Shown: in pieces, positions 37,661-48,116 of the stretch
Layout of the letters: each line of letters begins with the position of its first letter
Numbering within the stretch: the stretch's first letter is position 1
Source of the DNA: Syntrophomonadaceae bacterium
GTDB lineage: Bacteria; Bacillota; Dethiobacteria; DTU022
Reading direction: 5' to 3'
NCBI GenBank assembly: GCA_007121075.1
Contig: SKMK01000033.1
Coordinates: 312 to 64,311 of the forward strand
Length of the DNA: 64,000 bases
The notes under the pieces: model-generated
What the model saw: the letters and a program-made list of their open reading frames with translations, nothing else
What the model was told of the DNA's origin: nothing
The model's database searches: none
Program-made: the position numbers and the translations under genes

Positions 37661-38811
37661 AACCTTTTCCTCTCCATGGCTATGGTCATCAGCTGGGCCA
37701 GCTTATTTTCCGGCGGCGTGTAAATATTTTCCCTACGCGCCATGCTCAGGGCATCGGCCGGGCAGGCAGCGGCGCAAACCCCGCACCCAATACAAGTATC
37801 CCGATCAAGAGAGGGTTCTTGCGGGGGCGACGCTTTTAAGGCCCCGATATGGCAGATATCAACGCAGGTTTCACACCCGGTGCATTCTTGTGGATCAATA
37901 GAAGGTATAAAATTGCCGGGCTGGATCCCTATTACGCCGTGCTCGTTAATCGCTCGCAGGGGGGTGCAGCAGCAGCCGCAGCAATGGCAGATATAGGCCG
38001 GTTCGTTAATCACGTTGTCACAGGTCAGGACCAGGCCCAGGTTATAGCTGCGTTCAAGGTTCTTGAGAAGATCATCCACGGAAGCTTTTCGGGCAAAACC
38101 GCGCCTGAGCAACCAATTGGCAGGTCTCCCCAGCGATGTACAGATATCTTCCATCGGGAATCGGCACGTATAACCCAAATGGCTGGCTTTATGCCGGCAG
38201 GCGCAAACGGAAAGCCCCCCGCCGCCCGATTCGCGAATTACCGCTTCCGCTTTTTCATAATTTAAAACCTCGGTCTGGATTAGTTCGGGAATATAGTGCT
38301 CATATACCAGGGCTCGGAACATTTTCGGCTCGGTGCCGAATATTTCTTCGACCACATCCCGGTTCTGGAAATACTGTTCGTACAGGACTGCCAGTTCTTT
38401 AACATTGGCTCCGTCCGTGCGCATCAGGCTGTATTCAAAAAAACCGACCACCACCGGCGATAGCATATAATAAGTCGTCCCTTTGCGCGGGATATCCACA
38501 ACCAGGCCTTTTTTAGCCATTCCTTCCAGTAAAGAAGAGAGCTTGCCTTCTTCCATACCGGCCAGCTCCTTGATTTTTTCAAAAGGGCGCGGCTTCAGAG
38601 GAAATTTGCTCCCCGCTTTAGCTTCCTTTTCCGTATAGAGCAGTTTCAAAATCTCCATCAAGGTATTATTAATGACAACTCCTACCGGAAACCGGCTCAA
38701 CCTGTCCGCCAGGGCCTGGTATGCTTCTTCTTTGCCGCCTGCAAGATGACCCAATGCCATTCCTCCTCTTCTGCCTGAACGATCTGTTAGCAAAGATTTC
38801 ATTTCAAGCAA
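37657..38811 (-). CDS. 4Fe-4S cluster protein with N-terminal winged-helix-like region and unusual CHCCGCCC motif
   Basis: 384 aa; CxxCxxCxxxC (ECTGCETCVDIC) and CIGCGVCAAACP ferredoxin motifs plus Cys-dense CACRH...CHCCGCCC segment; function unknown. Confidence 0.5.
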   Translation of the reverse strand: MLEMKSLLTDRSGRRGGMALGHLAGGKEEAYQALADRLSRFPVGVVINNTLMEILKLLYTEKEAKAGSKFPLKPRPFEKIKELAGMEEGKLSSLLEGMAKKGLVVDIPRKGTTYYMLSPVVVGFFEYSLMRTDGANVKELAVLYEQYFQNRDVVEEIFGTEPKMFRALVYEHYIPELIQTEVLNYEKAEAVIRESGGGGLSVCACRHKASHLGYTCRFPMEDICTSLGRPANWLLRRGFARKASVDDLLKNLERSYNLGLVLTCDNVINEPAYICHCCGCCCTPLRAINEHGVIGIQPGNFIPSIDPQECTGCETCVDICHIGALKASPPQEPSLDRDTCIGCGVCAAACPADALSMARRENIYTPPENKLAQLMTIAMERKRF

Positions 38812-38999
38812 TTTAATTAACAGCCTGGTAACGGCTGAGCAGATATATTAAGATTATATATTGCTGCCATTATTTATTTCGCTGCAAAGACGGCGCTTCC
38901 TCCAATAGGCACGCGCCTGATTTAAAGTTTAAAAAGCTGCCCGGATGAGGTAGGAGTTTATTTGTTAAACGTCGAATATATTATAAGCAAAGCAAACTT

Positions 39000-41285
39000 A
39001 TGTTTAAGGCGGATACTCACCCGATGACCGGTCTAAATGAACTGCTGCAGCAATGGCAAAATGACCCTGCTTTCATGAGCAATGTTACCCGCTGGGAAGT
39101 GGTTCCCCCTTCAGAGGGCAGTTTTTCCGACTTTCCGGATCGGCTGGACAGGCAGCTGCAGGAAACTTTAAAAAACCGCGGTATCAGCAGGCTGTACAGC
39201 CACCAGGCCAGGGCCGTCAATGCCGCCCTGGAAAATAAAAATGTCGTGGTCGTAACCCCCACCGCTTCCGGAAAAACTCTCTGCTACAATTTGCCCGTAG
39301 TCAGCTCGCTGATTGATGATCCTTCCAGCCGGGCCCTCTACCTTTTTCCGACCAAGGCCCTTTCCCAGGACCAGGTGGCCGAATTGCGCGATCTAACGGC
39401 CAACCTCGAGGCCGATCTAAACTGCCACACCTACGACGGGGATACGGAGCCGGGCCTGCGCCAGGGGATCCGGCGCAGCGGGCACATTGTAGTCACCAAT
39501 CCGGACATGCTCCATTCGGCAATCCTGCCCCATCACACCAAGTGGGTTCAATTATTTCAAAATCTCAGGTACATAGTAATCGACGAAATGCACCAGTACC
39601 GGGGAGTTTTTGGTAGCCACGTCGCCAATGTCATGCGCCGCCTGAAGCGCATTTGCTCCTTTTACGGATCCGACCCCAAATTTATACTTTGCTCCGCCAC
39701 CATCGCCAATCCCGGTGAACTGGCCGATTTGCTGGTCGAAAAACCGGTGGAAGTAATCACTGAAAACGGGTCGCCGGGTGCGGAAAAACATTTTATTTTC
39801 TACAATCCACCAATGGTTAACCCCGAACTGGGTCTGAGGCGGAGCACACTCCTGGAAGCTCAAAACCTGGCCGGTAAATTGATCAAACGGGACGTGCAAA
39901 CCATAATTTTTACCCGCAGCCGCCTGGGCGTAGAAGTGCTCTTGACCTACCTGCGCCAGGGGTTGAAATTAAATCCCGGCGAAGACAGCGCCATCAAGGG
40001 CTACCGGGGCGGCTACCTGCCCCGGGAAAGGCGGGCCATAGAAGAAGGGCTCCGGCAGGGGTCCATCAAGGGCGTGATCAGCACCAATGCCCTGGAACTG
40101 GGGATCGATATCGGGGCCCTGGATGCCTGCCTGATGACCGGCTACCCGGGCAGCATTGCCAGCACCTGGCAGCAAGCCGGCCGTTCAGGAAGGCGCAGCG
40201 GCACTTCCCTGACAATCCTGATTGCCAACAGTGAACCTCTTAACCAGTATATTGTAGCCAACCCCGGGTATTTTTTCGGCCGCACTCCTGAACGGGCCCT
40301 TGCCGATCCCGACAACCTGATCATTTTGACCAACCACATCCGCTGTGCCGCCTTTGAACTACCTTTTGACCAGAATGAACAGTTTGGCCGCGCCAATATA
40401 AGCGAAATACTTCACTTCCTGGAAGACGAAAATGTCCTGTACTTCAGTGACAACCGCTATCACTGGATGGAAGACACCTACCCGGCTGAAGAGATCAGCC
40501 TGCGCAGCGCCACCCGGGAAAATGTGATTATCATCGATATTACCGGTCCCAACCCCCGGGTGGTAGGCGAAGTTGACCGCTTCAGCGCCCCGATGCTGGT
40601 GCATGAAGAAGCCATCTACATGCACGGGGGCACCCAGTACCAGGTAGAAAAACTTGATTTTGAAGAAAAGAAAGCTTACGTGCGCCAGGTCGACGTAAAT
40701 TACTTCACCGATGCCAACCTCTCAGTTGATTTAAAAACACTGGAAGTTTTTGAAGAAGAAGCCGGTACCGTCAACAGGGCCTGGGGCGATGTCAGGATTA
40801 ATGCCCTGGTTTCGATGTTCAAAAAAATCCGTTTCAATACCCACGAAAACCTGGGCGCCGGGCCGGTCGACCTCCCGGAAACCGAGATGCACACCACCGC
40901 CTTTTGGGTTGCCTTTACCAGGGCAGCACTGGGTGGTATGCCCTTATCCGCTGTCCAGTCCGGTCTGATGGGATTGGCCCACCTGCTACCCCAGGTTGCG
41001 GCCTTTTTCCTGATGGGCGATCCGCGTGACCTGCGGGCGGTAAGTCAGGTCAAGGCTCCGTTCACAGAACTACCTACCCTCTACCTCTATGATAATTTCC
41101 CGGGCGGAGTCGGTTATTCCGCAGAAATATACCGCAGCTGCCGGGATATCTTTCAGGCCGCCATGAAAGTAATCACCGACTGCCACTGCAGTGAGGGGTG
41201 TCCCTCCTGCACCGGGCCCGCCTACCAGGGCGTAGAACCCGGTAAACTGCAGGCACTTCAATTAATCGAGGTGATCTTGAAGTGA
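39000..41285 (+). CDS. mrfA: DEAD/DEAH-box helicase with C-terminal DUF1998 zinc-binding domain (MrfA/YprA family)
   Basis: 761 aa; Walker A TPTASGKT, DEMH box (VIDEMHQY), helicase C motifs, C-terminal CHCSEGCPSC Cys4 cluster. Confidence 0.8.
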   Translation: MFKADTHPMTGLNELLQQWQNDPAFMSNVTRWEVVPPSEGSFSDFPDRLDRQLQETLKNRGISRLYSHQARAVNAALENKNVVVVTPTASGKTLCYNLPVVSSLIDDPSSRALYLFPTKALSQDQVAELRDLTANLEADLNCHTYDGDTEPGLRQGIRRSGHIVVTNPDMLHSAILPHHTKWVQLFQNLRYIVIDEMHQYRGVFGSHVANVMRRLKRICSFYGSDPKFILCSATIANPGELADLLVEKPVEVITENGSPGAEKHFIFYNPPMVNPELGLRRSTLLEAQNLAGKLIKRDVQTIIFTRSRLGVEVLLTYLRQGLKLNPGEDSAIKGYRGGYLPRERRAIEEGLRQGSIKGVISTNALELGIDIGALDACLMTGYPGSIASTWQQAGRSGRRSGTSLTILIANSEPLNQYIVANPGYFFGRTPERALADPDNLIILTNHIRCAAFELPFDQNEQFGRANISEILHFLEDENVLYFSDNRYHWMEDTYPAEEISLRSATRENVIIIDITGPNPRVVGEVDRFSAPMLVHEEAIYMHGGTQYQVEKLDFEEKKAYVRQVDVNYFTDANLSVDLKTLEVFEEEAGTVNRAWGDVRINALVSMFKKIRFNTHENLGAGPVDLPETEMHTTAFWVAFTRAALGGMPLSAVQSGLMGLAHLLPQVAAFFLMGDPRDLRAVSQVKAPFTELPTLYLYDNFPGGVGYSAEIYRSCRDIFQAAMKVITDCHCSEGCPSCTGPAYQGVEPGKLQALQLIEVILK

Positions 41286-42517
41286 AGCGAAGCCTTGGTT
41301 CGCGCCTTTCCGCCCTGCGGGGGACCGGCGAAATAAAGACGGGCCGCCAGGTGGCTGAAGGACTGGAAACCGAAACCAGGATTGATCTTTTCCCCGGCGA
41401 AGGAAGGGAAGAAGAAACCTCTTACGGGTATTGTTATTTGCGTGAACTAAAATTTCCCCTCGATTATAAGCACGGCGAATACACTTTGTCAGGCTTCCTT
41501 TCCTGCTCCGGATCCGGGCTGGCCCTGCCCGCACGTGACGAAAGTCTGCTCAGTTTTAAACCTGAAAACACAATTTTCCTGGATGTTGAAACCACAGGCC
41601 TTTCCGGGGGAACCGGAACCTGGGCCTTTTTGATTGGCCTGGGCTGGGCCGATGGAGGCCACTTTATACTGCGTCAGTACTTCATGCGCCGCCCTTCCGA
41701 AGAAAGGGCCATTTTAAGCCACTTAAAAGCATCAATCTCGGATAACCCGGTCCTGGTTACATTCAACGGCAAGCAGTTTGATCTGCCTCTGATCAGGAAC
41801 CGGCAGGTGCTGGCCGGATTCAGGCCGTTTGAACCGGAACAGCACCTTGATCTGCTGCAGTGCGCCCGGTCTCTCTGGAAAAAGAGGCTTGCTTCCCGCT
41901 CCCTGCATTCGCTGGAAGAATCGCTTTTAGGCTTAGGGCGAACTGACGACATCCCGGGCGCAGAAATTCCTGAGGTGTATTTTAATTATCTCAGGCGGGG
42001 GGAAACCGAACTGCTTAAAAAGGTATTTCACCATAATGTGCTTGATATCCTGTCGATGGTCACCTTGCTGGAAAGGGTTTACCGCACCACATCCGGAGAG
42101 CTGGTCAAACACCCCGCCGAATCCCTGGCCCTGGGCTGCCTCTGTCTGGAAGCCGGGCGCTGCTATGAAGGGGTAAGCCACCTCCGCGAGGCCACCAGTT
42201 GGGCCCCTGATCCTCTGGCCGAGGAAGCGGCCCTGAAACTATCCTTTCATTTTAAACGGCAGGGTCGCTGGGAGGAAGCTGTTAAGATATGGGAAGAAAC
42301 GGCGGCAAACAACCCCCGCAACATCCCGGCCCTTGTTGAACTGGCCAAGTACTACGAACATCGGGCTGGCAAATACCGCACCGCCCTGGAATTAACTGAA
42401 AAAGCGTTTGCCCTGGCCAGGTTAAGCGGTATCCCAACCCCGGGCAGATGCAGCGAATTCAGTCCACAGGCCCTCCGGCACAGGTTAAACCGTTTAAACA
42501 GGCGCCTTGGCGCTTAA
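41282..42517 (+). CDS. mrfB: RNase H-like (DnaQ-fold) exonuclease with TPR-like C-terminus (MrfB/YprB family)
   Basis: 411 aa; FLDVETTGLS exonuclease motif I, HNVLD motif; 4-nt overlap with helicase gene. Confidence 0.7.
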   Translation: MKRSLGSRLSALRGTGEIKTGRQVAEGLETETRIDLFPGEGREEETSYGYCYLRELKFPLDYKHGEYTLSGFLSCSGSGLALPARDESLLSFKPENTIFLDVETTGLSGGTGTWAFLIGLGWADGGHFILRQYFMRRPSEERAILSHLKASISDNPVLVTFNGKQFDLPLIRNRQVLAGFRPFEPEQHLDLLQCARSLWKKRLASRSLHSLEESLLGLGRTDDIPGAEIPEVYFNYLRRGETELLKKVFHHNVLDILSMVTLLERVYRTTSGELVKHPAESLALGCLCLEAGRCYEGVSHLREATSWAPDPLAEEAALKLSFHFKRQGRWEEAVKIWEETAANNPRNIPALVELAKYYEHRAGKYRTALELTEKAFALARLSGIPTPGRCSEFSPQALRHRLNRLNRRLGA

Positions 42518-42568
42518 GCTAACTTGACCGTCCATTGTCACAACCATAAACCTCAACGGCATAACGCC

Positions 42569-43180
42569 TTATTTTCGCAACACAAAAAGCAGCTCTTCAG
42601 CTTCCCTGCTGTCTGCAGGCAAATCCACAGGCCGGGAACGGTTATTGCTCCAGGCATAACCGTCAACTATTCCAACCCCATGTTCATCAACCCAGTCCAG
42701 GAAATCAAAGAGGGTAAACAGGTGAATGTTAGGAGTTTCATACCACTGGTAAGGCAGCGATGAAGTGACAGGCATCCTTCCTGTGCTCTTTAATGTATCT
42801 ACAACCTCCCGGTAATTGAAATTGGGAAATGTAACAATGCAGGATTTGCCTATTCTCAGCATTTCTTCCATCACCACCATGGGCCGATAAAGGACCTGCA
42901 GGGTTTTTTCTAAAACAACATAATCAAAAGACCCGGTCTTAAACTCCGGCAGGCCCCGGTCCATATCTTTTTGATAAACGTCTACGCCGGCGCATATTGC
43001 CTCCCCAACCCGGCCGGGATCCGCTTCAACTGCCTGGCCGCATACCTGCTTCTGTTTAACCAGGCGGGCCAGCAGCTCTCCGCCGCCGCAGCCCAGGTCC
43101 AGGACAGAAGAACCTGGTTCGATTAGTTTATAGATCAGGCAGTGATCCCAACGTTTGTGATTGGCCATGTTTAACCGCAC
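42569..43180 (-). CDS. metW: Methionine biosynthesis protein MetW
   Basis: 203 aa; SAM-MTase-like fold VLDLGCGGGELL, MetW family; overlaps metX end. Confidence 0.8.
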   Translation of the reverse strand: MRLNMANHKRWDHCLIYKLIEPGSSVLDLGCGGGELLARLVKQKQVCGQAVEADPGRVGEAICAGVDVYQKDMDRGLPEFKTGSFDYVVLEKTLQVLYRPMVVMEEMLRIGKSCIVTFPNFNYREVVDTLKSTGRMPVTSSLPYQWYETPNIHLFTLFDFLDWVDEHGVGIVDGYAWSNNRSRPVDLPADSREAEELLFVLRK

Positions 43181-44400
43181 CTCCCTAAAAACGAAGCCAC
43201 CAGGGGAGATGTTTTGTCCGTTTCCAGGAGAAAGGCATCATGGCCGTAATCAGAGAGTATCTCAATATAGGATACAGGCTTTTTATTGGCCAGCATCGCC
43301 TTTGCCACTTCCCTGGTATCCTCGGGCGGATAAAGCCAGTCGGAAGAAAATGATACCAGGAGCAGCCGGGCTTTTATGGCGGAACAAGCCGCCTCAAGAC
43401 CACCGCCGATGCCGGCGGCATCATAGTAATCCATCGCCCGTGTCAGGTACAGGTAACTGTTGGCATCAAAACGCCGAACGAATGAACGCCCCTGATGCTC
43501 AAGGTAGCTTTCCACGCAAAATTCATTATTCAGCCGGTAGCCCGGTTCCGTTCCGTTTTGAAAACGGCGGCCGAATTTGCCTTCCATGGACCGCTGTGAA
43601 AGGTAAGTTATGTGGCCAAGCATCCGGGCCAGTTCCAGTCCGCAGCGCGGGGGCTCGTTCTGGTAATACTGGCCCTCGTCAAAGCAGGGATCGCTCAAGA
43701 TTGCCTCTCTCCCCACAGCGTTAAACGCCAGACCCTGGGCCCCGATTCGGGCCGAGGCAGCCATAATAACCGCCGACCGGATCCGATCAGGGTAATTGAC
43801 GGCCCAGGCCAGGGCCTGCTGCCCGCCGAGAGAACCTCCTGCTACAGCCAAAAATTTTTCTATACCCAGATAATCCTGGAGCCTTACATGCAGCCGGACC
43901 CAGTCTTCCACTGTTACCACCGGAAAATCAAGACCGTAAGGCTTCCCGGTTCTCGGATTGGTTTCCCAGGGTCCGGTAGTACCGTAGCAGCTGCCCAGCA
44001 GGTTGGCACAGACCACGAAGTAGCGGGAAGTATCGAAGGCCTTTCCCGGGCCGATCATTTCATCCCACCAACCCGGCCGGTCCTTTCTCCAGGGTCGTTT
44101 ATACTTTTTCCATTCGGCATCCCAGCCGGCAGCATGGGCATCTCCCGAAAGAGCGTGCAGAATAAAAACAGCATTGTCTTTGGCGGCAGTCAGTTTACCG
44201 TAGGTTTCGAATTCAACAGTAACCGGGTACAGGTTTTCCCCGCAATCAAGGGGAAGAGGGTTGTCTTCATCGGCAAGAAGAGCCCTTACAGGCCGGGTCC
44301 AGCCCACCGAACGGGGCGAATCGGGGAGATCATGCCCTTTTTTCTTTTCTGATACAGCATTTAAGGGATCTGTCATTCTACTGGCCTCTCCTTCCAACAA
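43171..44400 (-). CDS. metX: Homoserine O-acetyltransferase
   Basis: 409 aa; alpha/beta hydrolase with GGSLGG nucleophile elbow; MetX family. Confidence 0.85.
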   Translation of the reverse strand: MLEGEASRMTDPLNAVSEKKKGHDLPDSPRSVGWTRPVRALLADEDNPLPLDCGENLYPVTVEFETYGKLTAAKDNAVFILHALSGDAHAAGWDAEWKKYKRPWRKDRPGWWDEMIGPGKAFDTSRYFVVCANLLGSCYGTTGPWETNPRTGKPYGLDFPVVTVEDWVRLHVRLQDYLGIEKFLAVAGGSLGGQQALAWAVNYPDRIRSAVIMAASARIGAQGLAFNAVGREAILSDPCFDEGQYYQNEPPRCGLELARMLGHITYLSQRSMEGKFGRRFQNGTEPGYRLNNEFCVESYLEHQGRSFVRRFDANSYLYLTRAMDYYDAAGIGGGLEAACSAIKARLLLVSFSSDWLYPPEDTREVAKAMLANKKPVSYIEILSDYGHDAFLLETDKTSPLVASFLGRCG

Positions 44401-45700
44401 GCTGATTCTGGCTGACTGCTATGGCTTGTTCCAAATCGTCTATGATGTCGGAAGGATCTTCAAGCCCTACCGAAAGCCTGATATAGTCTTCTGGTACCCC
44501 TGATTCCAGCTGTTCTTCCTGTGAAAGTTGCTGATGAGTTGTGGAAGCCGGATGGATGATCAGGGTTTTGGCATCACCGATATTGGCCAGGTGCGAGACA
44601 AGGTTCAAGGAATCGATCAGCCGGGTTCCCGCTTCGAGCCCGCCCCGGATGCCAAAACCAACCACGGCCCCCTGGCCCAGGGGCATAACTTCCCGGGCAT
44701 AATTGTAGTCGGGGTGGCTTTCCAGGCCGGGGTAATTAACCCATTTCACTGCAGGATGCCCCTCAAGCCACCTGGCCACGGTAAGGGCATTTTTACTGTG
44801 CCTGACCATACGCAGTGAAAGGGTCTCCAGCCCCTGCAGGAATAAAAATGCATTGAACGGTGAAAGGCAGCTGCCCAGGTCCCGCAACAACTGCACCCTC
44901 GCCTTTACCGAGAAGGCGGCTCCCTGCTCACCTTCGTTTTTCGCCCCAAAACTTTCCCAGTAATTAACACCGTGGTAGGAAGGATCGGGACTACAAAAAT
45001 CAGGGTATTTACCGTTAGACCAGGGAAAATCCCCTTTTTCCACCACCGCTCCGCCGATCGAGCTGCCGTGACCCCCAATAAACTTGGTCAGGGAGTGGAC
45101 CACCAGGTCAGCTCCATGCTCAAAGGGGCGGCACAGGTACGGGGTGGTAACGGTATTGTCAACTATAAGCGGTATTCCATGCTCGCGGGTAATTTCGCCG
45201 ATCTGCTCCAACCGGGCAATCCTGTTTCTCGGATTGCCAATAGATTCCAAGAATACCGCCCGGGTATTTTGATCAATTACCTTTTCCAGGTTCTCCGGAT
45301 CATTTTGATCAAAAAACCTGGTTTCAATACCAAATCGCGGCAGGGTATACGAAAAAAGGTTATAGGTGCCCCCATACAGGTGGCTGCTGCTGGCTATGTT
45401 CTGCCCGGCCCGGACCAGGTTAAATATGGTTAAAGTGATAGCTGCCTGGCCGGATGACAGAGCCAGGGCACTGCTGCCGCCTTCCAGGCTGGCCAATCGC
45501 TCCTCCAATACTCCGACAGTGGGGTTCATAATTCGGGAATAAATATTGCCCTGCTCTTTAAGCCCGAATAAGGCCGCCGCATGCTCTGCCGAATCAAAAA
45601 CATAAGACGTAGTTTGATAAATTGGCACGGCACGCGCGCCGGTGGCCGGATCTGCATTTTGCCCGGCATGAATAGATAAAGTATCAAAGTTATAGGTCAT
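44378..45700 (-). CDS. metY: O-acetylhomoserine aminocarboxypropyltransferase (sulfhydrylase)
   Basis: 440 aa; PLP-dependent Cys/Met metabolism family (DTLSIHAGQ...; [10 protein letters not shown] lysine site). Confidence 0.85.
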   Translation of the reverse strand: MTYNFDTLSIHAGQNADPATGARAVPIYQTTSYVFDSAEHAAALFGLKEQGNIYSRIMNPTVGVLEERLASLEGGSSALALSSGQAAITLTIFNLVRAGQNIASSSHLYGGTYNLFSYTLPRFGIETRFFDQNDPENLEKVIDQNTRAVFLESIGNPRNRIARLEQIGEITREHGIPLIVDNTVTTPYLCRPFEHGADLVVHSLTKFIGGHGSSIGGAVVEKGDFPWSNGKYPDFCSPDPSYHGVNYWESFGAKNEGEQGAAFSVKARVQLLRDLGSCLSPFNAFLFLQGLETLSLRMVRHSKNALTVARWLEGHPAVKWVNYPGLESHPDYNYAREVMPLGQGAVVGFGIRGGLEAGTRLIDSLNLVSHLANIGDAKTLIIHPASTTHQQLSQEEQLESGVPEDYIRLSVGLEDPSDIIDDLEQAIAVSQNQLVGRRGQ

Positions 45701-45960
45701 GATTTATTTGCCTCCTTAATTATTTGTGCTTTTTAAGCTGTTGGCGGCACAATACTTTAGAGGCGCATAGAAGAAATCCCGCCCCGGCAGGTGAACCGGT
45801 GGGGCGCGGTAGAAGAATAAAAGCAGGAAGAGATAAATAAACTGGAAACCACCTTTTTTGTTTCGGCAAACTCCTTGTCTCTGCCTGGCAGCAAATGCAA
45901 CCCCTCCTGAATTGATATAAATACTATTATATTACTTTTATTTAATAGTATTTATATTAT
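45701..45960 (-). promoter_or_regulatory. Structured 5' leader of metYXW with GC-rich hairpin + U-rich tract (candidate riboswitch/attenuator)
   Basis: 330-bp intergenic region; minus-strand sense contains CGCGCCCCACCGGTTCACCTGCCGGGGCGGG followed by AUUUCUUCU about 35 nt before AAGGAGG RBS; SAM-I consensus not confidently matched. Confidence 0.35.
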
Positions 45961-46031
45961 CCCCTCCGGGGCTATTTGTCAAGGCCTATTTTATCGTTGA
46001 ATAGTTACCTGTCCCCAGGAAAGAAGGAAAA

Positions 46032-47861
46032 TCAGGCAGTTTCGTCCAAATCGGACAGCTCCCTCCGGTCCGAGGTGCTCCCCAGTACCATAGGCAGAAT
46101 TATGCTCAATACGATCAGCCCGGCGGCCAGGTAAGCGGCGGGAACAACGGTATCCAGCAGCAGGTTGAGAATAAAACCGGCCGAAAAAGCCGTCACGATC
46201 ATAATTGCCGCCGACTTAGCCATATCGGCAACACCCATCTCTTTGACCAAAACTGTAAAAGTAGCAGCGCAGGGAAAATAAGCGGCCAGGACCACGGCTC
46301 CGATTACCAGCTGACGGGCGCTTAGCCCCAGCGGTATCATCATCGCTACTGCAACATCCTTGCGCAGGAACCCAATTAACAGGGTTGAAACAGCATCGCC
46401 GGGCAACCCGAGCAGCCCCTGCACGGCCGGTGCAAACAGGACCCCCAGGAAATGGATTATACCTAGGGTATAAAGGATGTTCACAACCAAAATTCCACCC
46501 AGGATATAGGGGGTGGCGTGAACCAGGAACCCCCTGATTCGCATAGCCAGTTTCTTAGCCTGGGCTTTAAAGCTGGGGATACGGTAGGGAGGAATCTCCA
46601 CCACCATAGAAGGGGTGTAACCGGGCATGACCCGATCAATGATCAGGCCCAGTACCACCCAGATAAAAAAGAGGGCGGCAAATACCACGGCCAAATAATC
46701 AAAGCCATGGCGCCCCACCAGCCCTACAATCAGGGCCAGTTGGGCCATACACGGGATAGCCACCGACATCAGGGTACAGGCAATAAACCTTTCCCGCCGG
46801 CTATCCAGGTTGCGGGCAGCCAGGGCCGCCGGCACATTGCACCCAAAACCGAGAACCATGGGAATTATTGAATAACCATGAAGGCCGAGCCGGTGCATAC
46901 TGCGGTCAACCATAACCGCCAGGCGGGGCAGGTAACCTGAATCTTCCAGAAAACCTAGAACCAGGTAAAAAACTGCCAGGAAAGGCAGGACTACGCCCAG
47001 TTCCACAAAAACTCCGGTTGTCAAAACCCCGAGCGACTCTTCAAAATCTATATTTCCGTCCACCAGTTTACCAACTAAAATATTATGTAAAAAACCGCTG
47101 CTACCAAGAGCTTCACTCAAGTATAACAGCAATGTTTCATAAAACCCTTCAAAAATATAATCTTCCATGGCCTCATGGATAAATTCTCCCAGCCCGATAA
47201 CCAGCTGAAAAGCCAGGAAAAGAACTGCTGCCGCTATCGGGAAGCCGGTCAGGGGCCTTAAACTCGCATCCTGCAGTTTTTCCAGCCAACTATGATGGCG
47301 GTGAATTACTTCCTGGATCTGCCCCACCAAATTCCCGATATAAGCCCAGCGATCAGAAATATTTAATGGCATTTTAATCCTGTTAACCGACTTTGACAGT
47401 GAATCAACAAGTTCTTTAAGGCCCTCCCCGCTTACTGCAACGGTCGGCACAACCGGAACCCCAAGCAGTTCTTCCAACTTTTCTACGTCAATCTTTACCC
47501 CCTTGTGCCCTGCCTCATCGATCATGTTCAAGGCCACAATCAGGGGCACATTCCTTTCCAGTAATTCAGTGGTTAGAAATAGGTTGCGTTCCAGGTTGGT
47601 GGCATCTACAACGTTAATTACTATGTCAGCCTGATCAACAAGGTTTGAAGCTACTTCTTCCACTTTGGAAGTTGGCTCCAGGCTGTATGTACCGGGGGCA
47701 TCTAAAACTTCAAAGGATTCTTCACCGGTATTAAGCAGGCCTTTTGTAAATTCCACAGTAGTTCCGGCATAATTGGAGATCATAACCCTGGAGCCGGTTA
47801 GCTGGGAAAAAACCACACTTTTGCCGACATTAGGATTGCCGGCCAGGACTATCTTTCTCAA
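46032..47861 (-). CDS. feoB: Ferrous iron transporter B
   Basis: 609 aa; N-terminal GTPase (GNPNVGKS), two Gate domains in polytopic membrane region. Confidence 0.9.
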   Translation of the reverse strand: MRKIVLAGNPNVGKSVVFSQLTGSRVMISNYAGTTVEFTKGLLNTGEESFEVLDAPGTYSLEPTSKVEEVASNLVDQADIVINVVDATNLERNLFLTTELLERNVPLIVALNMIDEAGHKGVKIDVEKLEELLGVPVVPTVAVSGEGLKELVDSLSKSVNRIKMPLNISDRWAYIGNLVGQIQEVIHRHHSWLEKLQDASLRPLTGFPIAAAVLFLAFQLVIGLGEFIHEAMEDYIFEGFYETLLLYLSEALGSSGFLHNILVGKLVDGNIDFEESLGVLTTGVFVELGVVLPFLAVFYLVLGFLEDSGYLPRLAVMVDRSMHRLGLHGYSIIPMVLGFGCNVPAALAARNLDSRRERFIACTLMSVAIPCMAQLALIVGLVGRHGFDYLAVVFAALFFIWVVLGLIIDRVMPGYTPSMVVEIPPYRIPSFKAQAKKLAMRIRGFLVHATPYILGGILVVNILYTLGIIHFLGVLFAPAVQGLLGLPGDAVSTLLIGFLRKDVAVAMMIPLGLSARQLVIGAVVLAAYFPCAATFTVLVKEMGVADMAKSAAIMIVTAFSAGFILNLLLDTVVPAAYLAAGLIVLSIILPMVLGSTSDRRELSDLDETA

Positions 47862-48093
47862 GTTCGTCTACCTCCACCATAATACGGATCGCTTTTCCAT
47901 ATCCAACCGCAACCTGGTAATTGTCAGCATTTAATGTTACCGGCCCGCGGTTAAAAATAGAGCTGATCTTTTTAATGCGTTTTCCTTCCCTTAACCCAAG
48001 CTGGTTTAATTTCAGGGTTAAGTTTGAACCACCCCGGATCTTGGAAATCACCCCGCTTTGTCCGGGTTTCATTTCAACCAGTGATACTTCCAT
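47830..48093 (-). CDS. feoA: Ferrous iron transport protein A
   Basis: 87 aa SH3-like FeoA, upstream of feoB. Confidence 0.8.
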   Translation of the reverse strand: MEVSLVEMKPGQSGVISKIRGGSNLTLKLNQLGLREGKRIKKISSIFNRGPVTLNADNYQVAVGYGKAIRIMVEVDELEKDSPGRQS

Positions 48094-48116
48094 CAGATGT
48101 CACTCCCGTCCAAGGA

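Noticed and set aside
39000-41285. DISARM/Druantia-type defence helicase (DUF1998)
   Set aside because: No adjacent methyltransferase, PLD nuclease or other defence components. It is directly coupled to a MrfB-like exonuclease, matching the MrfAB repair pair.
45701-45960. Confident SAM-I (S-box) riboswitch call upstream of metY
   Set aside because: Expected from biology, but I could not match the conserved SAM-I core (GGUGGAGGGA...CUGGCCC...GAUGA) in the leader by eye. Kept only as a structured-leader finding.
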